Positions 10,127 to 20,448 are shown, counted from the stretch's first letter. The stretch: DNA of 64,000 nt from Desulfurococcaceae archaeon (GCA_038888155.1 JAWAJB010000001.1:128001-192000); one strand, 5' to 3'. Translations and numbers: made by a program. The notes: generated by a model not told the origin, from the sequence alone.

Positions 10127-11017
10127 TTGAGCGTAGAAGTCGTTGTGCCCTTGCACGTATCTGGTATATGGATCCCTCGGATCTCGGATAATCCGCTTGA
10201 AGCGGGAAGCCTCGGCGCTGGATTAAATCTCGCAATGTATCTAAGGGCTAGAGGCTCTAAAGGACCCTGTAGAATAACATTAGGGGGGGTTAGCGTTCTT
10301 AAAGAGCAGGCAAAGTATATTTGCAGTGAGACGGGCGTAAATGTAGAGACTAGGGCTCTTTCTCCAGTATCGCTAGGACACGGGTTTGCTTTATCAGCTG
10401 CTCTCCTTATATCCCATTCACTTATATCTTACCTACATGTAAACAGGCCACTAATTAAAGCTTTACAGAGAGCCCATACACTTGAGGTACAATACGGTAC
10501 TGGCCTGGGAGACGTAATAGCTGAACATACTGGAGGGTTTGCCGTAAGGGTAAAGCCCGGCGCACCAGGTATAGGGCTCGCTTATAGAATTATTCCTAGG
10601 GAACACGTGTCCCTAGTTGTGGCCGATCTGGGAATAGAGGAGCCTACGTTTAGGATGCTTTCTAAAATGAACCAGGAAATGTACAGCCGAGGCAACATCC
10701 TTCTATCCGAGGTTGTTGAAAAAGAGGACTTGAGGATCTTCTTTGAGTTTTCTAGGATATTCACTAGTATGTTGTTTGATTACAGTGAGATCAATGGTTT
10801 CCTCAAGAGAGTAAAAGGAGTTATTGACTACTACCTCAAGAAATCTGCCCTAATAATATGGGCTGAGCGGGATTTCACCTACGACATTGTTAGCGAGCTT
10901 CGAGGGAAGGGTATTAAAGTGATTCCCACTACTATATCCCCTATAGGGGTCACAATTGTATATACCGGCCAATCACCCTCGAAGACAAAGTCTACTGATA
11001 AGAGAGAAAATGGTTGA
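10127..11017 (+). CDS. Pantoate kinase (GHMP family, PoK)
   Basis: [25 protein letters not shown]...TGLGDV, PGAPG; overlaps PPS gene. Confidence 0.88.
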   Translation: MSVEVVVPLHVSGIWIPRISDNPLEAGSLGAGLNLAMYLRARGSKGPCRITLGGVSVLKEQAKYICSETGVNVETRALSPVSLGHGFALSAALLISHSLISYLHVNRPLIKALQRAHTLEVQYGTGLGDVIAEHTGGFAVRVKPGAPGIGLAYRIIPREHVSLVVADLGIEEPTFRMLSKMNQEMYSRGNILLSEVVEKEDLRIFFEFSRIFTSMLFDYSEINGFLKRVKGVIDYYLKKSALIIWAERDFTYDIVSELRGKGIKVIPTTISPIGVTIVYTGQSPSKTKSTDKRENG

Positions 11018-11750
11018 GGGGTTCAGAAGAGGTCTTGTTGTTGCAGAGGGCTTAATAGCGCATGGAAGGGGTGAGTGTTTCGACTATTTAATAGGCGAGA
11101 ATACACAGCTTTTTGCTGCCAAAGCTATCGAAGCAGCGATAGCGGCAATGCTCTTAGCAAAGTATCCCGTCATATCTGTTAATGGAAACGTTGCAGCTTT
11201 AGTTCCCCGCGAAATAGTAGAACTTGCAAAGGAAACAAAAGCAAAAATAGAAGTTAATCTCTTTCACAGAACTCGCGAAAGGGAGTCAGCTATCGCAAAG
11301 TGGTTAGCTGAACACGGCGCCACTGAAGTTTTGGGAGAGGGCGACGACGCTGCAGCTACTATACCCGAGCTATTCAGCGAGAGAAGGCGCGTAAGCCCGC
11401 GTGGAATACTTATCGCGGATGTCGTGTTAGTGCCGCTCGAAGATGGGGACCGAACAGAGGCTCTGAGAAAAATGGGGAAAGTGGTTATAACAATAGATTT
11501 GAATCCCCTCTCCAGAACGGCTCGCGCAGCGAATATTACTATAGTGGATAACGTAGTTAGGGCTTTGCCAATGATGGTAGAAAGAGCGAGAGAGTATAAG
11601 GGATATTCCAGCGAAACGCTAAAAAGAATATTAAGTGAGTACGACAATAACAAAATCCTTCAAGATGCCCTAAGACATATCTTAAATAGGCTAAAGGAGC
11701 TGTCTGAGTCCTCGCTCACGGTAGGCACACTGAAACCCGATATACACTAG
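10956..11750 (+). CDS. 4-phosphopantoate--beta-alanine ligase (phosphopantothenate synthetase, PPS)
   Basis: [42 protein letters not shown]. Confidence 0.95.
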   Translation: MYIPANHPRRQSLLIREKMVEGFRRGLVVAEGLIAHGRGECFDYLIGENTQLFAAKAIEAAIAAMLLAKYPVISVNGNVAALVPREIVELAKETKAKIEVNLFHRTRERESAIAKWLAEHGATEVLGEGDDAAATIPELFSERRRVSPRGILIADVVLVPLEDGDRTEALRKMGKVVITIDLNPLSRTARAANITIVDNVVRALPMMVERAREYKGYSSETLKRILSEYDNNKILQDALRHILNRLKELSESSLTVGTLKPDIH

Positions 11751-12252
11751 AGTTATAATGACAAACAGTTTTCCATGTTAGCTACATAATTCACTTACAC
11801 GCTATTGTCTTTGTGCTACGCTTTAGATGGGAATGGGGAAACTAGAGCAGTTTTATGGAGAAGGTATCCGCATTGAGTTTCGCATACGAGTTGTTTCTTC
11901 TTCACTCATTTAAGTAAGTAAAGTGCCTGTGAATTTGCGAATTTTATAGATCTCGTCCTTTTCCAAGACACAGCTTAGGGATATAATGGGAGTTCTTTTG
12001 CTTGATAATAATTGCTTTCAACGCAGTATTTTCATGCCTCTTCCTCGTATATCACTAAATTTTTCACTTCACAATTACCGCCAGAACTGTAATAGCCCCG
12101 CGGCACTCGGTAGCTATATAAGTTCTAGCGTTCGGGCGCAACTCGCCTATAAAATTACAACTTTGCCCAATTCATCGAGGTGATATCCGCTTCTAAGCGT
12201 TTTAAAAATAACATCCTTAAAAACTTATTGATATAATCTACAGAGGGAGTAG

Positions 12253-13173
12253 ATGATTAAGTTATCTATTGCCAACACCTGCTTGGAAATACACGCCAAT
12301 GAAATACACAAACTGAATGAATTCTTTGGCTCGGAATTCGCAAGGAGGTATATTCCCAGTATAAACGTAAGTGAAACTTGTTTGGGGAGTACTTCAGCTG
12401 TAATATACTGGCTAAAGGGAGAGGGGTTCCAAGTTCTCAGCAGTAGTTATTCAAATTACGGGCCCGATGTATATGTAGTGTGCGGCGACTTACCTAGGGC
12501 TTACACAAATGAGTCTCCTATCTTCTTTCTACTTCAAGTTTTGGCGAGAGGACTGGCTAAAGCCGGTCTAGTACTACTAACAGACACTGTTGCTATAACT
12601 ACCAAGAGCAAGAGTATCCTGCTAATGGGATTTCCCCACACTGGTAAAAGCACAATAGCTACAATAGCCGTGAACAATGGTCTTACTGTTCGCTCCACTG
12701 AGAACACCGTTGTGAAAATTAAAGAGAAGTCGCTCAAATTAGTTGGCGGGACAAGGGTTTTAGTATTTGACCCGAAAATTAAAGATCTATACGGGGTAAA
12801 AGTTGAGCCTACTAGTAAAACAAAACACGGGTATGAAATACTAGACCTTGACGCATTAGAGCCTTCTTCAATAAATAAAGGAGAGGTTGGCATTGATGAG
12901 CTCTACGTTATATACACTTCTTTCTCAGCTAAAGGGTCATCAATCTCCCCTATAAAGGGAAGGAAAATTGAAAAACTTATCTGGTACTTTGCTACTAGTC
13001 TAATTAAGGGGCTCGATTACTACGAACCGTATCCGCTAAATCTACCTATAGATCAACCAGTAGCAGAAACCCTTGTAAAATTCGTCGAGATAGTAAAAGA
13101 AAATTACTCAAATAAATTCTACGAAGTCTTCGGATCTCCCCTAGATGTAGTTAAAGCTATTTTAGGAGTATAG
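12253..13173 (+). CDS. Uncharacterised P-loop NTPase/kinase (HPr kinase-like arrangement)
   Basis: Walker A GFPHTGKST after hydrophobic strand, followed by STEN at the position of the HPrK DD motif; SD GAGGGAG. Confidence 0.6.
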   Translation: MIKLSIANTCLEIHANEIHKLNEFFGSEFARRYIPSINVSETCLGSTSAVIYWLKGEGFQVLSSSYSNYGPDVYVVCGDLPRAYTNESPIFFLLQVLARGLAKAGLVLLTDTVAITTKSKSILLMGFPHTGKSTIATIAVNNGLTVRSTENTVVKIKEKSLKLVGGTRVLVFDPKIKDLYGVKVEPTSKTKHGYEILDLDALEPSSINKGEVGIDELYVIYTSFSAKGSSISPIKGRKIEKLIWYFATSLIKGLDYYEPYPLNLPIDQPVAETLVKFVEIVKENYSNKFYEVFGSPLDVVKAILGV

Positions 13174-13176
13174 ATC

Positions 13177-14412
13177 TCACTTTTTTCTTAAGGAGCTAAC
13201 AATGTAGTCCACTACTAGTCTAGCAATTTCGTGCTTGTGTATTAAGCCATCTCTTAGTATGCCGCTACTATCAACAACTATAGCATCTAGGTACTCTTTT
13301 CCAAAGCCAGCTCTCTCTGACACAATGTTATTGGCTACGACTAAGTCTAAGTTGTAATCGGACATTTTTTCTTTGCCCTTTCTCAGCAGCTCCTCGCCGC
13401 TTTGGGACTCTGCAGCAAAGCCTATCAATACGCGAGGTCTCTTAATTATGCTCTTAATAACCTTAGGGGTGGTCTCTAATTCCAATATTAGCTTTGGGGT
13501 GCTTCTCGTTGGGATCTTTACTTCACTCGAGCTAATCGGCCTGAAATCAACGGGAGCACCTGCAAAGACAGCGGCTTCATGAACTTGCTCCTTTGTTAAA
13601 GACTCTATAGCCTTGGCCATGGAATCTGTAGTATCAGCGTACACGGGCTTGACCATGTATGGGATCTCGGTTGCTAGAGGGCCATGAACCAATGTAACTT
13701 CTGCGCCCCTGCACGCTGCCTCCCGCGCAATTAAAACACCCATTAAGCCTGAACTTGGATTGGTAATTACTCTAACGGGATCTATATATTCTCTTGTGGG
13801 TCCAGCTGTAACAATTATTTTTGTCCCCCTTAGATCTCTGCCTCTATTAACGGAGGCATCAATGCAATGCGCTAGGTCATCCAGTGGAGGGTACTTAGCC
13901 TTATCCTCCTCTATTAAAGAGGGTATGATAATAACGCCTTGTTCTTCTAAGACTTCAAGTGATCTCCTGTATTGTGGAGAGCTCATTAATCTTATGTTCA
14001 TTGCTGGGACTACGACAATCCGCTTTCCAGCTCCAAGCATAGTTACAGCAGTTAGTGACAAGAGTTCATCGAGTACCCCAAATGCGATTTTACACATAGT
14101 GTTAAGAGTGGCAGGCGCCACTATAAGTGCGTCTCCCCATTTAGCAAGGTCTATGTGTTCAGTCTCTCCAGTCATCTCAATGTAGGGCTTGTTACCTGTA
14201 GCCCAGTGAAAGAGATCAGGTCCTACTAGTTTAGTTGAAAACCTCGTCATAATTACTTTCAGAGAAGCTCCCATTCTAATTAGTCTTCTAGCTAGATCTA
14301 CAGATCTATATAGCGCAACAGATCCTGTAACACCTAAAACGATGTTCTTTCCGCGCAAGGGTTGATAAGCAAAAGAACTTAACTCTTCGCCTGCAGATAA
14401 TTCCTTTTTCAT
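13177..14412 (-). CDS. coaBC: Bifunctional phosphopantothenoylcysteine decarboxylase / phosphopantothenate--cysteine ligase
   Basis: GVTGSVA, HIDLA, APAT.N, PAMN, TAGPTREYIDPVR..N.SSG.MG, GFAAE. Confidence 0.96.
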   Translation of the reverse strand: MKKELSAGEELSSFAYQPLRGKNIVLGVTGSVALYRSVDLARRLIRMGASLKVIMTRFSTKLVGPDLFHWATGNKPYIEMTGETEHIDLAKWGDALIVAPATLNTMCKIAFGVLDELLSLTAVTMLGAGKRIVVVPAMNIRLMSSPQYRRSLEVLEEQGVIIIPSLIEEDKAKYPPLDDLAHCIDASVNRGRDLRGTKIIVTAGPTREYIDPVRVITNPSSGLMGVLIAREAACRGAEVTLVHGPLATEIPYMVKPVYADTTDSMAKAIESLTKEQVHEAAVFAGAPVDFRPISSSEVKIPTRSTPKLILELETTPKVIKSIIKRPRVLIGFAAESQSGEELLRKGKEKMSDYNLDLVVANNIVSERAGFGKEYLDAIVVDSSGILRDGLIHKHEIARLVVDYIVSSLRKK

Positions 14413-14458
14413 AATTACCCCCACAGTAATATACAGTAACTAGTTGAGGCTTTTATTT

Positions 14459-14998
14459 ATGGAGGAGGTCCCAATAAATAGCATATATAAGGAGGCACAA
14501 TTGAAGCTTGAAACATCTGCACGCGGCTATAGCGTGCGTAATGCAAGCACTGACGATCTAGATAAAGTAATAGAAATAAACATGGTCTCCCTTCCAGAAC
14601 ATTACCCACGAGTATTCTTCGAAGAGATCTTAGGAGAGTGGGGCAAGGCATTCTACGTGGTCGAGTCGCCTAACCGCGAAATCGTAGGCTACATTATGAC
14701 GAGAATCGAGCTGAAGCCGGCTTTTTTCAAATACTTTTTGGCCAAGAGCGGACACGTAGTTAGTATAGCTGTACTAGAGGAACATAGAAGGCGCGGTCTT
14801 GGCTATGTATTGATGGCTTTCTCCATGAAGAGCATGCACGAAGAGTACAACTGTAGTGAGACGTACCTTGAAGTTAGAGTTTCGAATACGCCCGCAATAA
14901 AATTGTACGAGAAACTCGGCTACAGGAAAGTGAAAATAGAGAGAGGATACTATTTAGATGGCGAGGACGCTTTTGTAATGGCCAGAAGACTTCCATAG
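14459..14998 (+). CDS. Ard1/RimI-type N-terminal acetyltransferase (GNAT)
   Basis: LPEHYP, GHVVSIAV, RRRGLG, LEVRVSN.PA..LY, YY.DGEDA. Confidence 0.92.
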   Translation: MEEVPINSIYKEAQLKLETSARGYSVRNASTDDLDKVIEINMVSLPEHYPRVFFEEILGEWGKAFYVVESPNREIVGYIMTRIELKPAFFKYFLAKSGHVVSIAVLEEHRRRGLGYVLMAFSMKSMHEEYNCSETYLEVRVSNTPAIKLYEKLGYRKVKIERGYYLDGEDAFVMARRLP

Positions 14999-15056
14999 CT
15001 ATAAAGTATTAAAATTGTTTTTACCCTTGAACTTATTAGGATGGGTGTTTTGCCTC

Positions 15057-16355
15057 ATGGAATTTAAACAAGTGGCAAGCTTATTAAGTGATGCTGCAGT
15101 AGATCAACACGTGTGTATACGTGGATGGGTATACAGAAAAAGTATTGTAGGTAAAAAAGCGTTCATTAGGGTGAGGGATTCCTCGGGTGTTATACAAGTA
15201 GTGATCGACTCCGCAAGGCTAGGCGAACACGTTATTGGAGACCTAGAAGAAACATCCCTTGAGGCAAGCGTTAGTACATGCGGTAAAGTAAAGAAAAGCG
15301 AGAGGGCCCCAGGTGGTTACGAGCTTGAAGCAGACTACTTCACAATTATAGGACCCAGTAGAGACTTTCCCATTAAAGGGGGCGAGGGAGTTGATTATCT
15401 TCTCGATATTCGACATCTATGGATTAGAAGTCCCCTATTCACTAAAGTATTTAAAATAAAGCACACGGTTCTGAAGGCGGGGAGAGACTACTTTAATAAC
15501 AATGGCTGGTGGGAAGTTACACCTCCCATTTTGACTTCGTCAGCGTGCGAGGGAGGAGCTACACTATTTCCCGTGGATTACTTCGGCTCAAAGGCATATC
15601 TAAGTCAGAGTGCCCAACTGTACCTTGAAGTTTTAATATATGTGCTAGAAAAAGTGTGGAGCTTGACTCCAAGTTTCCGGGCAGAGAGGTCAAGGACTAG
15701 GCGCCACCTTGCTGAATATTGGCACCTAGAGCCCGAAGCAGCGTGGTACGACATGAACGACATGATGAAAGTTGCCGAGGAGCTGGTTTCATATATTATC
15801 GAGAGAATTCTTGAGGAGAGAATGGGAGATCTAGTTGAACTAAACAGGAACATCGAGGTCTTGAAGAAGTCTGCTAATATCCCATATCCAAGAATGAAGT
15901 ACGACGAAGCTATTGAGATCCTCCAGAAAAAGGGAATTGACGTTAAGTGGGGAGACGATTTAGGCGCAGATGAAGAAAAGATCCTAACTTCAGATTTTGA
16001 AACGCCAATATTTTTAACACATTTCCCAAAGAACATTAAGAGCTTCTACATGAAGATCGATAGTTCAAGGCCTGACGTTGTGCTAGGTTTCGATCTCCTA
16101 GCCCCTGAGGGCTATGGAGAAATAATAGGGGGCGGTCAACGCGAAGATAGCTATGACATTTTATATAAAAGAATGATTGAACAGGGGTTAAGTCCCAGTG
16201 AATACCAGTGGTACCTTGATCTAAGGAAGTACGGGACAGTTCCCCACAGTGGATTCGGGTTGGGAATTGAGAGAACTGTTATGTGGATAGCAGGGTTAGA
16301 TCATATTAGGGAAACTATACCGTTTCCAAGGTTCAGAGAGAGAATATATCCGTAG
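15057..16355 (+). CDS. asnS: Asparagine--tRNA ligase
   Basis: OB-fold N-terminus, LSQSAQLYLE, FRAERS.TRRHLAE, GEIIGGGQRE, PHSGFGLGIER; ATG at 15057 after GGGTG SD. Confidence 0.93.
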   Translation: MEFKQVASLLSDAAVDQHVCIRGWVYRKSIVGKKAFIRVRDSSGVIQVVIDSARLGEHVIGDLEETSLEASVSTCGKVKKSERAPGGYELEADYFTIIGPSRDFPIKGGEGVDYLLDIRHLWIRSPLFTKVFKIKHTVLKAGRDYFNNNGWWEVTPPILTSSACEGGATLFPVDYFGSKAYLSQSAQLYLEVLIYVLEKVWSLTPSFRAERSRTRRHLAEYWHLEPEAAWYDMNDMMKVAEELVSYIIERILEERMGDLVELNRNIEVLKKSANIPYPRMKYDEAIEILQKKGIDVKWGDDLGADEEKILTSDFETPIFLTHFPKNIKSFYMKIDSSRPDVVLGFDLLAPEGYGEIIGGGQREDSYDILYKRMIEQGLSPSEYQWYLDLRKYGTVPHSGFGLGIERTVMWIAGLDHIRETIPFPRFRERIYP

Positions 16356-16391
16356 GTAATCGCCATTTTACTAGGAGACAATATCTACAGA

Positions 16392-17045
16392 GTGCTTTCG
16401 AATACATACAACCTGGACTTGAGCAACTTCGTAGCGTGCAAACTACGCGGCGCTACACTGTACGAGTTCTTAGTGGCAACAATACTGAGCCAAAACACTA
16501 CAGATTTGAACGCTTGGAAGGCATATGTAAGCTTGAAGTCTAAATACGGTGTGATAACTCCCGAGAAGATCTCAACGGCTAGCACAGATGAAATTGCCAG
16601 CTTAATAAAAGTTAGCGGCATGCATAGAGAGAGAGCTATTAAAATAAAGGAGCTAGCGAGAACTTTCCTCGAGATAGATATTGAAGAAATTATGCTTAAC
16701 TACATCAAAGGAGGGGACTTTGAAGGCGCTAGGGAGGAGCTTCTCAAGTTGCCTGGAATTGGATATAAGAGCGCGGATATAACTTTACTAATGTACTACG
16801 AAGTACCGGTATTTCCAGTAGATACACACATAGCGAGAATAACGCTACGACTTGGTTACGTTAAAAACTTAAACTACAATGATATCAGAAACTTCTGGAT
16901 GGAGAATACGAACCCTAAGTACTATTTGCCCCTTCACTTACTTCTGATAATACATGGAAGAAATACTTGTAAATCACGCAAACCTATGTGCAGTAAGTGT
17001 AATATTGGGGAACAATGTAGCTTTAATAAGGGCAAGTCAATTTGA
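16392..17045 (+). CDS. nth: Endonuclease III (HhH-GPD glycosylase with 4Fe-4S cluster); start may be further upstream
   Basis: ILSQNTTD, LPGIGYKSAD, PVDTH, C-x6-C-x2-C-x5-C. Confidence 0.92.
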   Translation: MLSNTYNLDLSNFVACKLRGATLYEFLVATILSQNTTDLNAWKAYVSLKSKYGVITPEKISTASTDEIASLIKVSGMHRERAIKIKELARTFLEIDIEEIMLNYIKGGDFEGAREELLKLPGIGYKSADITLLMYYEVPVFPVDTHIARITLRLGYVKNLNYNDIRNFWMENTNPKYYLPLHLLLIIHGRNTCKSRKPMCSKCNIGEQCSFNKGKSI

Positions 17046-17908
17046 CGCGAGGATCGCTACTCAAAGAAATAGCAAAGAAATCGCTTGGAGACAACTTCGC
17101 TGCATTAGTGTGGAGGCGAGTTGAGCTCGTAGGGGACATAGCAATCATTCGGGCGCCTTTTAACTTAGAGGCGTCCAGTCTAAAGCCTCTTGGAGAAGAG
17201 CTCCTGAAGACTCTACCATATGTTAAAAGTGTTTGGGCTGCGCTACCAGGAGTTAATGGACAGTTTAGGCTTAGAAGCCACATTTGGTTAGCAGGCGAGC
17301 ACAGGAGCGAAACACTGTACAAAGAACATGGATGCTCGTTCAAGGTTGACATAAATAAGGTTTACTTATCACCGAGTTTAAACTACGAACACATACGTGT
17401 AGCTAAGCAAGTAAAACCAGGCGAGGTCGTTTTAAACATGTTTGCGGGAGCAGGGCTCTTCAGTATTATAATTGCTAAACACGCAAAACCACATAAAGTC
17501 TACAGCATTGATATTAGCCGTGACGCCTATAACTACATGGTTGAAAACATTAAACTGAATAGAGTAGAGGAGATAGTCGTTCCGCTGCTGGGCGACGCCA
17601 AAGACGTAATTGAGTTCAGCCTCAAGAACGTATCTACAAGGGTGTTAATGCCATGCCCAGAACTCGCACTACAGTACTTGCCATACGCGATTAAATCCCT
17701 GTCTGATCAAATGGGGTTTGTACATTTATATTTACACATAAAGGCCAGTAAAGGTGAACACTGGCGAGATAAGGTAACGTCTATGATTACCACTAAATTG
17801 CGTGAGTTGTCGATAGATAAATTTGAGATAATTAATATGAGGAAAATAAGGAATGTCGGACCTAGGACTCATCAGGTTGTTGTTGATTGCGCATTAAATA
17901 AGTGTTAG
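17042..17908 (+). CDS. Met-10/Trm5/Taw2-family class I SAM-dependent tRNA methyltransferase
   Basis: GDIAI, T.YKEHGC.FKVD..KVY.SP, MFAGAG.F, RVLMPCP. Confidence 0.85.
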   Translation: MTRGSLLKEIAKKSLGDNFAALVWRRVELVGDIAIIRAPFNLEASSLKPLGEELLKTLPYVKSVWAALPGVNGQFRLRSHIWLAGEHRSETLYKEHGCSFKVDINKVYLSPSLNYEHIRVAKQVKPGEVVLNMFAGAGLFSIIIAKHAKPHKVYSIDISRDAYNYMVENIKLNRVEEIVVPLLGDAKDVIEFSLKNVSTRVLMPCPELALQYLPYAIKSLSDQMGFVHLYLHIKASKGEHWRDKVTSMITTKLRELSIDKFEIINMRKIRNVGPRTHQVVVDCALNKC

Positions 17909-17954
17909 AAAAATTAGTTACAAAGAAGAGGATTTTGGAGATAGAGGTAATTAA

Positions 17955-19277
17955 ATGCTTGGAACTAAGGTCTTAAACTTAGCGCTATTCTTCTTTGTTG
18001 TCTCAGCCACCTTAATACCGCCTTTGCTGCCAAATGAGAGCTCAGTAAATAGAGTAGTATCCAGTGAGGCAAGCGCATATGAATGTAGCGTGCTCTACTT
18101 CTTTAATGGTATAGCTATATTTAATTCTGCCCTCACTCAAGAACTAATGCTCGAGACTCCATATAATATAACACTGAGGGACGGCTTTGAGCAAGTAGTT
18201 GAGCACATTTTATCCTATAACTTAGTATTTAATGACACGGCTAGGGCGTTTACGTTCAGAGCTGAGGCAAATAAGAGCTTTGAGGGCTTCTTTATAAGCA
18301 AAGTAAAGATTTGCTCTAGAGAAATGAACAGTACCCTTAGCATGCTTTTGCTTGCATACCAATACCCAATATATCAGTTATCCCCTAGGGGAGAAATACC
18401 CGCAGAAGTAATAGAAAACTACCTGAGAGAGCCCAGCAAGAAAGTTATTGAAAGCTTAATTCCGGCCTATGAAAAATGGTTTAAGAGCAAATACAACATG
18501 CAACCAAAAAACGCCAGTCAGCTTGGAATAGCTTCTACAGCTTCATACTTTATTTACAGAGTGTACCTAGACTACGCTGCTGAAGCTCTACCTAGGACAA
18601 TTGATGAAGTAATTGATACGCGTCGCGGAGACTGTGATGATATGTCCCGGGTGTTAGTAGAGCTACTTAGCTACTTTGGAATACCATCAGTTATAGTATG
18701 GGGTTATGTTTACATACATAGCTTCAACTACACTAGTCCTGTTGAGAACGTAACATATAAGTTCATAAATAATGGGCCTCACGCATTTGTAATGGCATAC
18801 ATAGCAGGCATGGGGTGGGTTTCCCTTGACTGGCTTGCCGGATCGCTCCTAACATATCCATTTATAGTCGAAGACTACAGTAGAGAAACAGCTGTTGTAA
18901 ACGAAGCAATTGTAGAATTCGTTGAACTGCACAAGGAAATCAATGCAACACAAATATTTGTAGTACTTGATGAAGGGGGCTTGCAGAAATACATAGGTAG
19001 TCCAATAACAACTGAAGGGCTACAAAGCTACTTTGAACATCTGTTATATGGGAGAGATAAAGAGCTTTACACGAGTGCCCCTGAAAACTTAACTAACGAT
19101 GATACTAGCAATGGACCAGGCCACTATAACACGACAACGACAAGTAATCTAACCCACCAATTCAATGATGTAATCAAACTAATAGAGCGTTGGTATATTG
19201 AAATTATACTGATTGCTTTAGTGATCATACTCGTAAGCATAATTATCCTAGCTTTAATGGCGCGAGCCATTAAATAA
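17955..19277 (+). CDS. Membrane-anchored secreted transglutaminase-like protein
   Basis: Signal peptide, GDCDD (Cys), PHAF (His), W..LD (Asp) triad, N/T-rich linker, C-terminal TM helix. Confidence 0.8.
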   Translation: MLGTKVLNLALFFFVVSATLIPPLLPNESSVNRVVSSEASAYECSVLYFFNGIAIFNSALTQELMLETPYNITLRDGFEQVVEHILSYNLVFNDTARAFTFRAEANKSFEGFFISKVKICSREMNSTLSMLLLAYQYPIYQLSPRGEIPAEVIENYLREPSKKVIESLIPAYEKWFKSKYNMQPKNASQLGIASTASYFIYRVYLDYAAEALPRTIDEVIDTRRGDCDDMSRVLVELLSYFGIPSVIVWGYVYIHSFNYTSPVENVTYKFINNGPHAFVMAYIAGMGWVSLDWLAGSLLTYPFIVEDYSRETAVVNEAIVEFVELHKEINATQIFVVLDEGGLQKYIGSPITTEGLQSYFEHLLYGRDKELYTSAPENLTNDDTSNGPGHYNTTTTSNLTHQFNDVIKLIERWYIEIILIALVIILVSIIILALMARAIK

Positions 19278-19284
19278 AGGCGAG

Positions 19285-20448
19285 CTACCCCTTAGCTTTA
19301 GGTTTCTTTTCTTTTGCACCGGCGACTTCTATTTCGTAGCATTTAACTCCTACATCGAGTATTTTTTTGAAGAAGTGATCAAGATATCTTATAAAAGTGC
19401 CTCTTTGACCTATAAAGGCACCATAGGAATTTCTATCTACCCTTACAGCTAAGTTCGGGCCTTCAAAGTCTACCTCTACAATGTGCTTATATATCCAGCT
19501 CACTGGATGAATTGCCCGTATGAATGGCTTAAAATCGAGCGTAACTTCTATGGACCTTAACTTCAAGCCTACTTCTTTTTCTATCGATGTAATTCTCTCC
19601 CCTCCTTTTCCAACAACTCTGCCCAAATGGCCCTCTTTTACAATTAGCAAGGCATCGGGGGAGTGCTCGCTATGTACATTGTTTTGCTTCTTTAAATCAA
19701 CTAAGCTGACCGCAGTAATAACCTCGGCATCCGGAGCGTGGATTTTGGTTGATGAAATGACTGACTTCTCAGTATCATCGAGGGTTCTGCTTCTCAACTT
19801 TGACTCTAACAATAGCTTAATTCCTCTCCTTGCACCGGGTCTCACTATGTCCTTCAAGCCTAAGTCAATGACTTTTGCGTTTTCCTCCCCTAATAGCAGT
19901 TCCCTCAACATGGAGACCGAGTCCTTACTGCCTATAGGGCGTTGAAATATAGGGTCGCCTGCAACGATTAGCCTACTGTTCACGCCCAACCTCGCTATTA
20001 CCTCTATCGCGCTTTCAACGGGCAAGCTCTGTGCATCATCAACAAGGATGATTGAGTCGTCAAAGGTTCGTCCCTTAATGTAACGCGAATCCGCGAAAAC
20101 CAATAGGCCCCTATTGATTAAGTCTCTTAGCTTATCCAAACTCATGTAGCCAGATACTATATCCTCTAAATAAGATGATACTACTTTATAGTAAACATCT
20201 CCAATATCAGCTACTGTTAACTCTTTGCCTGATACAACATCTATAAGTGGTCTAGTTATGATAAATCTCTTATACTTGCCTGAAATTACTGAATCCAGCC
20301 CGTACAATATGCTTATTAGGCTTTTACCGCACCCAGTTGGTCCAAATAACCCTATTACTTCATATTTCCTATTTGCTAATGCCTTCAATAATTCCTCCTG
20401 ACCTGCTGACTGCGGCTTCAATTTTGCGAACACTTCCCCGCTGTGCAA
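19285..20448 (-). CDS. PhoH-family ATPase fused to C-terminal KH domains
   Basis: P.S.GQ, GPTGCGKS, ITRP, KGRTF, DDAQ, GDP..Q; KH GxxG loops VVGKGG and FIGQRG. Confidence 0.85.
   Translation of the reverse strand: MHSGEVFAKLKPQSAGQEELLKALANRKYEVIGLFGPTGCGKSLISILYGLDSVISGKYKRFIITRPLIDVVSGKELTVADIGDVYYKVVSSYLEDIVSGYMSLDKLRDLINRGLLVFADSRYIKGRTFDDSIILVDDAQSLPVESAIEVIARLGVNSRLIVAGDPIFQRPIGSKDSVSMLRELLLGEENAKVIDLGLKDIVRPGARRGIKLLLESKLRSRTLDDTEKSVISSTKIHAPDAEVITAVSLVDLKKQNNVHSEHSPDALLIVKEGHLGRVVGKGGERITSIEKEVGLKLRSIEVTLDFKPFIRAIHPVSWIYKHIVEVDFEGPNLAVRVDRNSYGAFIGQRGTFIRYLDHFFKKILDVGVKCYEIEVAGAKEKKPKAKG

Noticed and set aside
11986-12183. 65-aa ORF in the gap before the P-loop gene
   Set aside because: Atypical composition and no recognisable motif
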